Source: a virus. From it: a stretch of DNA of 64,000 bases. The stretch lies in IMG/VR virus record IMGVR_UViG_3300021093_000006; one strand, 5' to 3'. The position numbers and the translations under genes were made by a program. This document shows positions 1 to 11,100 of the stretch, piece after piece (position 1 is the first letter of the stretch; each line of letters begins with the position of its first letter). A model generated the notes under the pieces. It made no database searches and was not told the origin of the DNA. It worked only from the letters and a program-made list of their open reading frames with translations.

Positions 1-3000
1 GTTATTCCCATTAAAAGGAATCAAAGTATTATTAGTATAATCAATAGTAAATTGACCAAACTGATATCCATAATATTCTGCAATGTTTTTATAAAGATTA
101 CTTAACTCATCAGAACTATTCCAATCTAAAATAAAATTATTATCGTATATAATAGGCGTAAAACTTATTCTACCATACTCATCTATCGATTCTACTTCCC
201 AATTTGATGGTGTCATAAGAGATGGATCTTGTAAAATAGAGTTAGGTAATGGTGCAATAGATATTGTTCCATTAGCCAAACCTTTAACTATTCTAGCCTC
301 ATTAAAACAATCCCAAAATATTTCAGTCGCATAGTAATTATAAACAGAACCTACTGGGTTTTGTAAATTATAATAACTATTATTAACTGAAAAATCTATA
401 TAAGGTAAAGTATAATTACTACTTGATGTTGTTAATTCCGTAACAGTATTTTCATTTGTTTTTAAACAAACAATATAACTAGATACTTGATTATTTTGTA
501 GAGATATCTTAGGTGTAGCAACATTTAAAGAAGTTGATGGTGTTGACTGATTTGACGAATTTTGAGTTACCACTTGATAATCAAAACCGTACCAAGCACA
601 ACACTCTGGACTACTTACAATTGAAGTTTGATTACAACTTATTTCATTAAAATAATTACTACAATTAGATAATATAGGTACACCTATAAGACTATTAGTT
701 AATAGACTAGGATTATTATTAGCAATACAATAGTTTGATATATAACTTTCTGGTGACCCATATTGTTGTTGGAATTCTGTCAATGATATCTGAGTATTTA
801 TGTATTGGTAACATTTACCATTGATTTGATATGTTCCTTCTTGTGGGGTAGTATTATTAGTCATAGTAAATACTACTATACCATTAGGTAAAAATGAATT
901 AGGTGTACCTATACAAGGTGCCAACTTAGAACAATATTCTGTCTGTCTACCATATTCATTTACATATGAAACATAATTACCCCCTAATGATACACAACAA
1001 GAAGGGAATTCGTCAAATGATACTTTTAAACCATCGTCATTAGTATAATAATAAAAAGGACTACATTCTTCCAAATTTAAATTAGAACAACTATACTCAA
1101 TTAAATCCTTTTCTGTTTTATTTAAACAAATTTGTAATGTTTTATTAATATCACAATTTTCTGTAGCGACTTCATTTAAACAATTTTTTAGCGATAATTC
1201 ATAGTTATTTTTTATAATTTGCCATTCAGGTGAATAAATCAAATAATTATCTTTTTTTATTAATTCTAAAAATGCATTATATTGAGTTTCTGCCTCATCA
1301 AAAGATTGTTGTAAAGTAGTTTTACCATCGTTTTGTAGTGGGGTTTCAATTATACTATATTCAACATCTAAACATTCTTCAATTGGTTGGTAACCGTTAA
1401 TTAATGAGTTAAACGTAATTTGTGTAGTATAAATATCAGAATTATCACTTATACCGTTAAAAATACCATAGTTATAGTTTAAAAAGTAATTTTGGACTAA
1501 GGTATTCGCGGTTATAGTTACTGTTGGCTCATTATCAAAATTAGGTATAAAACATCTACTAAAATATTGTAAATATTCGTTACCGCCATCATAAGGTCCA
1601 ACATGAGGATTATTACCGTTCAAAACTGATACAACATTAGAACCGTAAGTTTCCCTATACCATCCTCCAGCTTTTTGAAAGTACATTTCAGTAAAATCAT
1701 TTTCTACTAAACCACCAGTTTCTGGATCAATAAAATTACTTATTACTATGTCACCATTAATAGGTGGTAATGGAAAACCATTTTCATCATACGGTATATT
1801 ATCTAAATTAACTTGTCCCGTATAAAGATATAAAAGTTTTTTAATTTCTTCTATATCTAAAGGTTTATCCACAATGACAATATATTCATTAAAATTAACT
1901 AACGATTCTGGTGCCCCAATGAATCTAAATAAAAATTCTACTGCCTTTCTACTACCCTTACTTTTCCATAACCAAGCAATATTAAGAATTAATCTCCTAT
2001 AAAGTTCAATATCTATTTCAGCTTGTGTCATATTTACCGATGTCCCACTAAAAGTAGTAGAACCATTACTAGGTAAAAATAATTTACTAAATGAAGCATC
2101 AGTGATAAAATTTATAGGTTCTAACCCTAACATAAAAGCCAAATCTTTTACTAAAGAATCTGGTACATTATTTCTTTTATCGTATGTTACTACATGTGCA
2201 AATTTTATCGCATTTATATATTTTTTTACATAATCAAATTCAACACCATATATTCTAAGTAATTTAGTAGCCTTTTCACCATTTATTACATAATCATTAC
2301 CATCTGCCTTAGGCAATGAATCAAAACTACTTATTGCTTCAGTAGTATATTTTCTAATTATAGTATCAGTTTTTGTCTCATCTAAACCTTCACCTAATTT
2401 ATTTAACGAATCTAAGTATGCAATATAAAAACTATCGAAAAAATTTAAATTGTATCCATCTTCTAATATTGGGAAGTTTAATATAGACTTAGATGTTAAT
2501 AATACACCATCATCAGTATAATTAGTACTTATTATTTCAGATTTATATTTTGGGTATATATTTCTATTTAAAATGTTTAATTGGAAGTCATTTAATCCAC
2601 TAAAGAATTTTTCTATTTCATCCTCATTTGGTTTTATAAAATAAGGTATCGATGCGTTTACATTGTTAAATAAGAAAGATAATTGGGGTATAAAGATACC
2701 CGTTAATTCAGGAAATGGATTACCCTCAACAACTAATCCTAAAACAGAATTTGTTTTTTGAACTGACGGTGTTATATTTTTAATTTTCCTAACAATACCA
2801 TTATGCTCTACAACATAAGAACCATATTTTAATGTAAAATTTCTTAATGGATTGGATGTATCGTTATTACCAACGTATTGAGAATCCAATGTGTATTTAA
2901 TATTGTAAGGGTTAACAAAGAAATTACTATTTACTGAAAAAGTAGATTCGTCCGCTTCAATATCATACACATAATCAGTAATATTGTATCCTGTTATACT

Positions 3001-3411
3001 ACCAACTTTATTATCAACATAAATAGCGGCAGGCCATTTTTCTTGAATTTCAATAAGGGATGCCCTAATTAATTCTTTAGCTGATCCATACCATATATAA
3101 CTTAATGGATTTGTTATATCTAAATTTAATTTAGTTCTAATATTTTTTTGAATGTCTAATTGAACTGTACCTTCATTTACAATATCATCTAATGTAAAAA
3201 ATTTAGATCTAGCACCCTGTTTAAATAAAATATCTGGTTTAGGATCTAAATTTACGGATATTGAAAAATTACCGTTTGTGAATAACGTAGTACCTCCATC
3301 ACTAGTAAGTTGAAAACCTACTAAATCAGGACTAAAATCCCTATACTCAATGTTATCATTGAAAAATATTCTTTGAGCATATCCCGCTACTTTTATTCTT
3401 TTATTCACCAT
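1..3411 (-). CDS. Large baseplate wedge-like virion protein (T4 gp7 / P2 gpI-like motif), 3' end runs off the window
   Basis: Not in the ORF track. ATG at 3411 (MVNKRIKVAGYAQRIFFND...). The stretches I translated are open and the frame reaches position 1 in register. Contains RRLILNIAWLWKSKGSRKAVEFLFRFIG (~1920-2000), resembling the wedge KG(T/S) motif. The distal part is Cys-rich. Confidence 0.7.
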   Translation of the reverse strand, partial: MVNKRIKVAGYAQRIFFNDNIEYRDFSPDLVGFQLTSDGGTTLFTNGNFSISVNLDPKPDILFKQGARSKFFTLDDIVNEGTVQLDIQKNIRTKLNLDITNPLSYIWYGSAKELIRASLIEIQEKWPAAIYVDNKVGSITGYNITDYVYDIEADESTFSVNSNFFVNPYNIKYTLDSQYVGNNDTSNPLRNFTLKYGSYVVEHNGIVRKIKNITPSVQKTNSVLGLVVEGNPFPELTGIFIPQLSFLFNNVNASIPYFIKPNEDEIEKFFSGLNDFQLNILNRNIYPKYKSEIISTNYTDDGVLLTSKSILNFPILEDGYNLNFFDSFYIAYLDSLNKLGEGLDETKTDTIIRKYTTEAISSFDSLPKADGNDYVINGEKATKLLRIYGVEFDYVKKYINAIKFAHVVTYDKRNNVPDSLVKDLAFMLGLEPINFITDASFSKLFLPSNGSTTFSGTSVNMTQAEIDIELYRRLILNIAWLWKSKGSRKAVEFLFRFIGAPESLVNFNEYIVIVDKPLDIEEIKKLLYLYTGQVNLDNIPYDENGFPLPPINGDIVISNFIDPETGGLVENDFTEMYFQKAGGWYRETYGSNVVSVLNGNNPHVGPYDGGNEYLQYFSRCFIPNFDNEPTVTITANTLVQNYFLNYNYGIFNGISDNSDIYTTQITFNSLINGYQPIEECLDVEYSIIETPLQNDGKTTLQQSFDEAETQYNAFLELIKKDNYLIYSPEWQIIKNNYELSLKNCLNEVATENCDINKTLQICLNKTEKDLIEYSCSNLNLEECSPFYYYTNDDGLKVSFDEFPSCCVSLGGNYVSYVNEYGRQTEYCSKLAPCIGTPNSFLPNGIVVFTMTNNTTPQEGTYQINGKCYQYINTQISLTEFQQQYGSPESYISNYCIANNNPSLLTNSLIGVPILSNCSNYFNEISCNQTSIVSSPECCAWYGFDYQVVTQNSSNQSTPSTSLNVATPKISLQNNQVSSYIVCLKTNENTVTELTTSSSNYTLPYIDFSVNNSYYNLQNPVGSVYNYYATEIFWDCFNEARIVKGLANGTISIAPLPNSILQDPSLMTPSNWEVESIDEYGRISFTPIIYDNNFILDWNSSDELSNLYKNIAEYYGYQFGQFTIDYTNNTLIPFNGNN

Positions 3412-3419
3412 TTAGGTTT

Positions 3420-4322
3420 TTAAAAATTAGTTATGTCATCAAAATCTTTTGTTGGATCAATAGTAAACTTCTGTTCTCTAACTTCATACAATGGTTTACC
3501 TGTAAATTGATCTTTAACTTCATATAAATTGTATTGTCTATAAATTTCATTACCGAAATTGTATATAGTATAAATACCATCTTCCAAAGATTTTGTTTGG
3601 TTGGAGAATAATGCATATGCTAAAGTTTCTTCATCAAACTCTACCATCTCTATTTCCAACATAACTGGATTAAAAAACGTATTTGTAATAATAACTTCTT
3701 GTTGTGGATTACCAATAAAAGGAGTCGCATTTGGTTTTATTGATGGTGCGGAAGCTGGAGTAACTGTACAAAAAACACTTGTTGAATTGTCGTTAAATGT
3801 ATAAGCTTGTGACGCATTTGAATTACCTTGATTTTGTGTAATGGGTAATGCCCTATTATTTGATGTGACTATCCTAAATAAATTTTGAATTTTGTCTTGT
3901 CCAGTACCAGTTTGTTCTTTAAGATATTCTATCCTATACCCAACTAAGTTACCATTCTCAAATCTATTTTGAAACTCTAATGGTATTTGATTTATATTAA
4001 AGACTATTCCCTTCACATCTTGATTATCAATAAGAACCGCACAATCTTGTATTATGGCTCTAATTTGTTTTGGTCGTATAATAATATTATAATAACCTTT
4101 TGCCCCAAAAACTGATGTAGGTAGTTTTAATGTGTATAATCCACCAAATATTTCACTTATATTACTAGGATTTGATGCGGGTATCAATACTTGTGCAGGG
4201 TCCAAAGGAAATAACTCTACCGATGTTATTGATTCTCTATTAGGTGTATAACTGTAAAAAATTTCTACATCTTCTACTGATACATCTGCTGGTCTTATTG
4301 TTCCATAATTTCCTGTTGCCAT
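3420..4322 (-). CDS. Putative virion structural protein, baseplate cluster (300 aa)
   Basis: ORF track; tightly packed with neighbours; function inferred from position only. Confidence 0.6.
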   Translation of the reverse strand: MATGNYGTIRPADVSVEDVEIFYSYTPNRESITSVELFPLDPAQVLIPASNPSNISEIFGGLYTLKLPTSVFGAKGYYNIIIRPKQIRAIIQDCAVLIDNQDVKGIVFNINQIPLEFQNRFENGNLVGYRIEYLKEQTGTGQDKIQNLFRIVTSNNRALPITQNQGNSNASQAYTFNDNSTSVFCTVTPASAPSIKPNATPFIGNPQQEVIITNTFFNPVMLEIEMVEFDEETLAYALFSNQTKSLEDGIYTIYNFGNEIYRQYNLYEVKDQFTGKPLYEVREQKFTIDPTKDFDDITNF

Positions 4323-4332
4323 AACTTTATTT

Positions 4333-5208
4333 TTATATTCTTATAAATCCACCTCTATTTGTGTCAATGTCATTAGTTGATTTGATTTCTGATAAAATTG
4401 CGTGTCTTTCAAATATATCAGCAATACCTCTATTTATAAATACCACACTCTTAACTTCTGGTTTAAAAACTACACCTAAATATTCTTCTTTTTTTGTATT
4501 TGCGTTAATAGATGTATTAAATTGATTCCATCCACCATTTGAAGCTATAAATTCTGTTTTATTATAACTTATTTCTTTACCGTATTCATCTATTGATTTT
4601 TGGTATTCATCTTTAAATGTTTTATAAAAAACACCTGTATTTTGTATATCATTTACCAATGAACCTATTTTATATGTAGTTTCTGTTAAACTATCATTTA
4701 TAACCCCATTAAATATATTTTTAGGATCATCAGAAACATTTAAATTTGTGACATATATATCATTTCCGTTAATATCTTTTCTATAAGATTTAACCTGTTT
4801 AAGTAACCCATCATCAGTAGTGCCAGTTATAGTAGCAACAGGACTAAAATAAAAATTTAATGGTGCACCCGCCAATCTACCGTATTCAAAAGAATTAAAA
4901 CCAACAGGTTTATTAATTAATGACGGATTTTTTGGTATAAATGATTCATCAGTAAATAACCCCATGTCATCAATATCTTGTTTTAGAAAAACATTTATAT
5001 CGATAGTATTAGGTATTTTTTGTCCAAAAGAATCTAAAATAAAGTTACCTTCTTTATCTATTTTAAAATTAGGTATTTTACCATAATAATAATTAGGGTT
5101 TGTTTCATCTATTATAGTTTTACCTTCAGAATTTTTTATCAAAACACTTTTAGGTATACTTCTTATAGTATAATTTTCTAAATTTCTTTTTTTCCTTATT
5201 ATTTCCAT
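4333..5208 (-). CDS. Putative virion structural protein (291 aa)
   Basis: ORF track; ATATTTAT motif 7 nt upstream; position in baseplate cluster. Confidence 0.6.
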   Translation of the reverse strand: MEIIRKKRNLENYTIRSIPKSVLIKNSEGKTIIDETNPNYYYGKIPNFKIDKEGNFILDSFGQKIPNTIDINVFLKQDIDDMGLFTDESFIPKNPSLINKPVGFNSFEYGRLAGAPLNFYFSPVATITGTTDDGLLKQVKSYRKDINGNDIYVTNLNVSDDPKNIFNGVINDSLTETTYKIGSLVNDIQNTGVFYKTFKDEYQKSIDEYGKEISYNKTEFIASNGGWNQFNTSINANTKKEEYLGVVFKPEVKSVVFINRGIADIFERHAILSEIKSTNDIDTNRGGFIRI

Positions 5209-5215
5209 ATCATTT

Positions 5216-5223
5216 ATAAATAT
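5216..5223 (-). promoter_or_regulatory. Putative late promoter motif ATATTTAT
   Basis: 7 nt upstream of the ATG at 5208; recurrent motif (see findings). Confidence 0.45.
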
Positions 5224-6108
5224 CTAAGGAGTGATTTGCCAAAATGTTAGTGTAGGAATTCCGCCGTTTGATGGGTTTAGATTAACACCTGGAGGTAATT
5301 GTAATTGTTTAGCATTAGGTGAAAATTTGTATTTATATATTCCATTATCATTTTTAAGAATAATTTTTAAATAAAAAATACCATTTTCACCTTCTAAACT
5401 AGTTATTGTTATATTATTTGGGTTAATGGTTTTAGATGCTGCCATATCATATGTTTTACCATTACCAGCATTGTTAAATTGCACTGCACCATAAATAATA
5501 TATTCTTGATTAGGTGCGGTATCAACTAAATCCTTAAACCAATATATTTGAAATCCTTCATTTATTTCTTCTGGTTGTGTTACAGGATCACCTAAAGTAA
5601 AAGTTATAGGACAATCATCTATGGGTAAGACAAACCCGAATGAATTTTCTTGTTCTTTACCTACCTGCACATAAACATCATAAAATGAAAGTAATTCATT
5701 TTGTCCACTATAAGGTTTATCAAAAAGTGAAAATCTTATAAAACTATTTATAAATCTATTAGTTCTACAAAAAATATCATCAAATATAAAACCAATATCT
5801 TTATATAAACCAGGTACCGCACCTGTTCCCCTATGTAGAGGTGCACCTAACGCAATACTTTCTGGTGTATAAAAATTTAAATTTATTTTAAACTTACTTA
5901 TTAAATTCCAATTATTATCTGCGGGTTTAAAAATAACTTTTTTATAATCTATTATCGGATTTATAGAATTTTCTACTTCTTCATCTACAAATTTATCTTG
6001 TATTAGTTCTGCATTATCAACAGGAAAAAAATTTGTACCCAATGCGATATCAATAGTAGTTCCACTACCAATTTTATCAATCAATATTTTTCTTTTATCA
6101 ACAAACAT
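5224..6108 (-). CDS. Putative virion structural protein (~294 aa)
   Basis: ORF track 5224..6114; ATG at 6108 overlaps the upstream stop region (ATGTTTGTTGA), consistent with translational coupling. Confidence 0.6.
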   Translation of the reverse strand: MFVDKRKILIDKIGSGTTIDIALGTNFFPVDNAELIQDKFVDEEVENSINPIIDYKKVIFKPADNNWNLISKFKINLNFYTPESIALGAPLHRGTGAVPGLYKDIGFIFDDIFCRTNRFINSFIRFSLFDKPYSGQNELLSFYDVYVQVGKEQENSFGFVLPIDDCPITFTLGDPVTQPEEINEGFQIYWFKDLVDTAPNQEYIIYGAVQFNNAGNGKTYDMAASKTINPNNITITSLEGENGIFYLKIILKNDNGIYKYKFSPNAKQLQLPPGVNLNPSNGGIPTLTFWQITP

Positions 6109-8113
6109 CGTCAATTTCTTTTTCTTTTAATACTGAGAAATCAATACACCCACCACCAATATCTCTTTTACCTAATTCATAGTCACCAATATAATCCCCT
6201 AAAGTCACCTCCAACTCAATAGGTATAAAACCATTATAATTAACTAAATTTAATAAACCATCTGATCCACCAGCATTAACAATATTAGATACTAATGTAC
6301 CAGAAGTAAAAGTATATCGTAAAAAAGTAGGATCTTCTATTAATTTTAAAAATTTATTTTGATTTACGTTATTTACATCAGATGCCCCTAATGTAAGAGT
6401 TTCCGATATCAATAGAAATTCACATGGCGGATCTTGCCTTTGGAAATAAAATCTTTTATCTAAATATAGGTAATGTGCCCCATCTTCAAATGGGTAATCT
6501 ACTCCATTACCAGTACTATCTATTTCACCTATTTCTAATAAATCTCTCCATTTAAACACGTTTGGAGAAATCTCTGTCGCATAATCAGGTATTCTAAATG
6601 ATTTTCTTAACTTAACTAAATCTGTTGGGTTAGTAATGTTATATTTATCAATAATAGATTGTAAATTAACTACTGGATTTATAAAATTCGCAAATTCTCT
6701 AATTTGTATTAAATTAAAAGGTGAATATATATAACCCTCTGTTTTATTTTCTTTTGTATTATCTATTTCATTTAATCTTTCTCTATAAACTGTATTAATT
6801 CTATGGTATATTACTTCTAACCTTCTTTCCAATAATTCATTTTCATTATATTCTACAATATCACCATCAAAAATATCATCTGATTCATCTATATTTTCAT
6901 AATAGAATGAACCAACAAAATTAGTATCACCATATGATCTTACATTATAGTTTACATTTGTATCATTTTCTAATAGATAACCTGCGGAAATCTTAGTCCA
7001 AAATCTTGTATTAAATGGTGTCGGTAAATTTTGTTGTTTATATTGCCAATATTGTGTATTAATCGATGTTGGATCGTTATCGTTATCATTTTTTACAATA
7101 GTCAAATATAATTCACTTAATGGTCTATTTAAATTATCTACTAATCCATTAACATCAACGTCTTTTTTAAAATTAAATGCCGCAACATCGTCATTAAAAT
7201 ATGTAACCCCATATGCGGCAGGGTATATATCATAATCTTTATAATCAGAACTAGTTAAAGATTTAAATTGTCTAACATAATAAGATGATGGTTTATTTCT
7301 AACTACTCTTTTAACTGTACTAATACCAACAGTAAAACTTATATCCGATGGATTAACATCAATTACAAAAGTTCTAAGTTTATTATCATTAGTTTGGTTA
7401 CCTAATTTAAAAACTTTAAAAGGTTTTACCCCTAAATTTAAAGTATTATTTAGTGTGTTATCAATAAAGTTTAATAAACTTATTCTATCACCATCTATTA
7501 ATCCGTGATTCATTGCAGTTCTAAAACCAGTATATTTTCTACCATTAAGTTTGATTGTAAACTGTTCTATAATTGGTATTCCGTCTTTTAATGAAATATT
7601 TGCACCATTTTTAACTATAACTATATCTTTACTTTTAAACGGGTATGTTATTTTCAATAAAAAATTCTGAATACCATCACTATCCAAAAAATTTAATCTA
7701 TCATAACCAGGATCAAATGGGAAGAATTCGCATAACGCACTTTTGTTATCATTAAATTGTAACGCATCTTCATCAGGTTCATCATTATAATAACCTATCC
7801 AGCCATCTTTCTCAAATATTGCACTACTTAAAATTGGTTTACTTACAATATTTTGGTTTTGATTCCTATAAATTTTTATATTTTCATTAAAAATAGTGTT
7901 ACTTATAACTGGTTTAACTACGCCATAAAATCTATATATACCACTTTCTCTTCTTTCCTTTTCGAATTGTTCAAACTGACTTACTGTTGTATCAACTTTA
8001 TTAAGTGGTATAGGTTTATTAACATTTTCTAAACCAAATTGTATTTGTGTATCTACATTTACATTATTAGGTAATCTAACACTATTTAATAATATTTTAT
8101 TTGTATCTTCCAT
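6098..8113 (-). CDS. Putative virion structural protein (671 aa)
   Basis: Long ORF in the baseplate cluster; no family recognised. Confidence 0.65.
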   Translation of the reverse strand: MEDTNKILLNSVRLPNNVNVDTQIQFGLENVNKPIPLNKVDTTVSQFEQFEKERRESGIYRFYGVVKPVISNTIFNENIKIYRNQNQNIVSKPILSSAIFEKDGWIGYYNDEPDEDALQFNDNKSALCEFFPFDPGYDRLNFLDSDGIQNFLLKITYPFKSKDIVIVKNGANISLKDGIPIIEQFTIKLNGRKYTGFRTAMNHGLIDGDRISLLNFIDNTLNNTLNLGVKPFKVFKLGNQTNDNKLRTFVIDVNPSDISFTVGISTVKRVVRNKPSSYYVRQFKSLTSSDYKDYDIYPAAYGVTYFNDDVAAFNFKKDVDVNGLVDNLNRPLSELYLTIVKNDNDNDPTSINTQYWQYKQQNLPTPFNTRFWTKISAGYLLENDTNVNYNVRSYGDTNFVGSFYYENIDESDDIFDGDIVEYNENELLERRLEVIYHRINTVYRERLNEIDNTKENKTEGYIYSPFNLIQIREFANFINPVVNLQSIIDKYNITNPTDLVKLRKSFRIPDYATEISPNVFKWRDLLEIGEIDSTGNGVDYPFEDGAHYLYLDKRFYFQRQDPPCEFLLISETLTLGASDVNNVNQNKFLKLIEDPTFLRYTFTSGTLVSNIVNAGGSDGLLNLVNYNGFIPIELEVTLGDYIGDYELGKRDIGGGCIDFSVLKEKEIDDVC

Positions 8114-8115
8114 TT

Positions 8116-11100
8116 TTAATCAGTTTGAAAATTTCCACTAAAATTAGTATTTGTTAGTATTGGTGGTGAACCTACCTCAACTTGTTGTAATAAAGTTTCA
8201 CCTAAACAAGTTTTATAAATAGTAAATGGATTTTGATTCTCATTCCCAACATTAGGAGAATTATTAATATTCTCATCAACAGTAGAATTAGATGGACCAA
8301 TACCTTTAAGTGTTGTAGCATTTATTTTATCTGCAAAAAATAGTGAAACGGTTTTATGCAATGCAGTCTTTCCTGGTACTAAACCAAAATAAAGATAATA
8401 AGGGGTTTGTGTTCTGTTAAATTTAATACCTTTAATTGTGTCTAAACCATTTAATCCATCATCAGTTTCATCAATACCACCATTTGCGGTTTGCCCAAAA
8501 TTTAAAGAGCCACCATTAGGGTAATTTACATAAGATGAGGTTTGACCTGGCGCTAAACCATAAAAATAATCGACACTACCATTTGTTTTATAATAACCAC
8601 ACGCATCACCTGTTATAAATGAATCACCATCATTATATTCTGATAAAATTATTTCACCATCTAAATTATAATAAAGTGGTGTACCATCTGTTAAAGTTAA
8701 TGGTTGATATGTTTGGTAGTCATTATTAAATTCTATTGAACCGGGTCTCATATGATGAAATTTTAAGTTAGAAGCTTTATAACCATTAAATCTTCTACAA
8801 AAATAATTTCTTACATCAGTATCATGATTGAAACGTAAAAAACAATTACCTATTTCTATACCAATATCATTTGCATCGATAATTTCAACACCAACTTGTG
8901 ATTGATTTACTGTTGCCGCAATATTAGAACAAACTGTACTAAAACAACTAAATTCTACATATGCCCTTAAATTAAGTGATAAATCTTTTTTATCATCAAA
9001 TTTTTTAATTTCTTTAATATTACCATTTAAGTATGGTGTGGCACTACCCAATTTAGTTTTAAATTCTTCATAACTAACATTGAATGTAGTTGTTGGGATA
9101 TCGTTTAAAATAAAAGGTATGTCATCTATATCGCAAAAAACACTACTACCTAATTCCATAATAGTGGTAGGTAACATTAAATTTGCTTTATATTCTGATA
9201 AATTATATTTAACATCGTTACTAGGAATATATGGTGTATAATATATTTCATTATCCCACCAAGTTATTAAACCATGTTTTATTATTTTAATGTAATTATT
9301 ATATGAAGTTACATCATATACGCAAGGTGCAACACCATTAGAGCCACAATCTGGTTCACAAGTAGGTGTTGGGCATTCAGATTCTTCATTCGCATCTGAA
9401 GTTTCTCCTTCAGGTTGGGTTATATTCTCAAAGAAATTTTGATTATCAGGTAAAAATTCGACTGAGGGTAAACTAGTAGTATATAATGAACAATCATTAG
9501 ATGTTTTGAAATATTCTTTTCTTTCCATCATTCTTGTATCGTCACAAATATTTCTATGGTGACCGTGACCACCTATGTTTTCCCAAGAAGTTGTACCGTC
9601 TCCGCCATCAGTTTCAACATACTCAGGTTTTCCGTGAACTCCAGGAACTTCTCTATCTTTTATTTCATATGGGATACCTTGAGCATTAAATGTATTTTGA
9701 AAGTCTGTAAAGGAATTAAATTTTATTGTACAACCATCAAATGATGGAGTGTTCCCTTTAAATTCTAACTCTTTTACTGCCAAATTTAAATTAGGTGTTT
9801 GTAAATCATTTTCTTCTGTACCATACCAATCAGTAACTCTTCTACCTTTTATCTTTGCATTACATCCATTAACACTTAATGTTGGATTAGAAAATAGTAT
9901 CGATGGTATTTTAATTCTCCATTGGGTAAATGAGGGATCTCCCTGAAAATTTTGACTGTTACCTCTTTCTCTACAATCAAAATCACAAAATTTATCTTTT
10001 TTAATTTGTCCAAATTTACGTTTAGATTTTTTTAATTTATATTTTCTTTTAATTAGTGGGAAATATAAAGTACCACCAACCCAATCATTATAAAAATCAA
10101 ATTTCAACATTCTAAGAAAAACTGCTACAGGCTCCATTACACAAGAAACCCAATCTTTAATTCCTGCAGTTTGTAAACCACCACAATTCAAACATTTAAA
10201 TGGTTCAACAAATGGTGAATTACAACCTTGTGAATTACCAAATGGACTCTTTATTAAAGTAACCCTTATATCCAAACCTTCATCTGCACATTTTAAACCT
10301 ATTAGAGGTATTTTAACACAACATTTACTACAACAAGGTGGACTAGAAGGGACACCTGCAGTGGCTAAAGCCTGTATAGTCGCATTATTACTAGGACATC
10401 CATTATAAGGATATGATGGATTGGTTTGGGATGAGGGGCAACAACTATGGGTAGAAGAAGCAGGACATATTCCTTTACATTTATTACACAATAAAGGACT
10501 AAAAATACATCTCCATTTTATATAAATTTTTAAAGTAAATACTGTACCACCCGAAGCGGCACATTCATTCCCACAACCATTCGTACCATCACCACAATCA
10601 CCAACTCCACCTGGTTGAGGGCAATATAAATTTTTATATGGTTGGTTACAAAATTCAAATCCAGCTGGTAAGTTAAAACAATAAACTAAATAAATTGTCA
10701 ACCCAACAGGTATTTTTATTGAGCATATTTGGGTTATAAGTCCATTAATGATGTTTAATATCCCATTAATGAATCCTACTATATGACCAAAAAAAGTTAA
10801 TATAAGACATATTATAGTATATAAAGGATTTAAATTAATATCAATTCTATTTGTTGGGAATTTATTAACACCTTCCGCATTTAATATATCTTTAATACCT
10901 ATAAAACCTCTTGCCTCATCTCCATTCTTACCACCTAATTTTTGATACCTACTTATATATTGTTTTACAGTATAAACTTTTTTCCACCTAAAAGGATAAA
11001 ATTCTTCTAAATAGTTATATTGGTTTCTTAAATCATTTGCATACGGTGTACCAGTAGTTATTGTAGATAACTGTTGGTTTATGGTAAAATCCTGACTATT

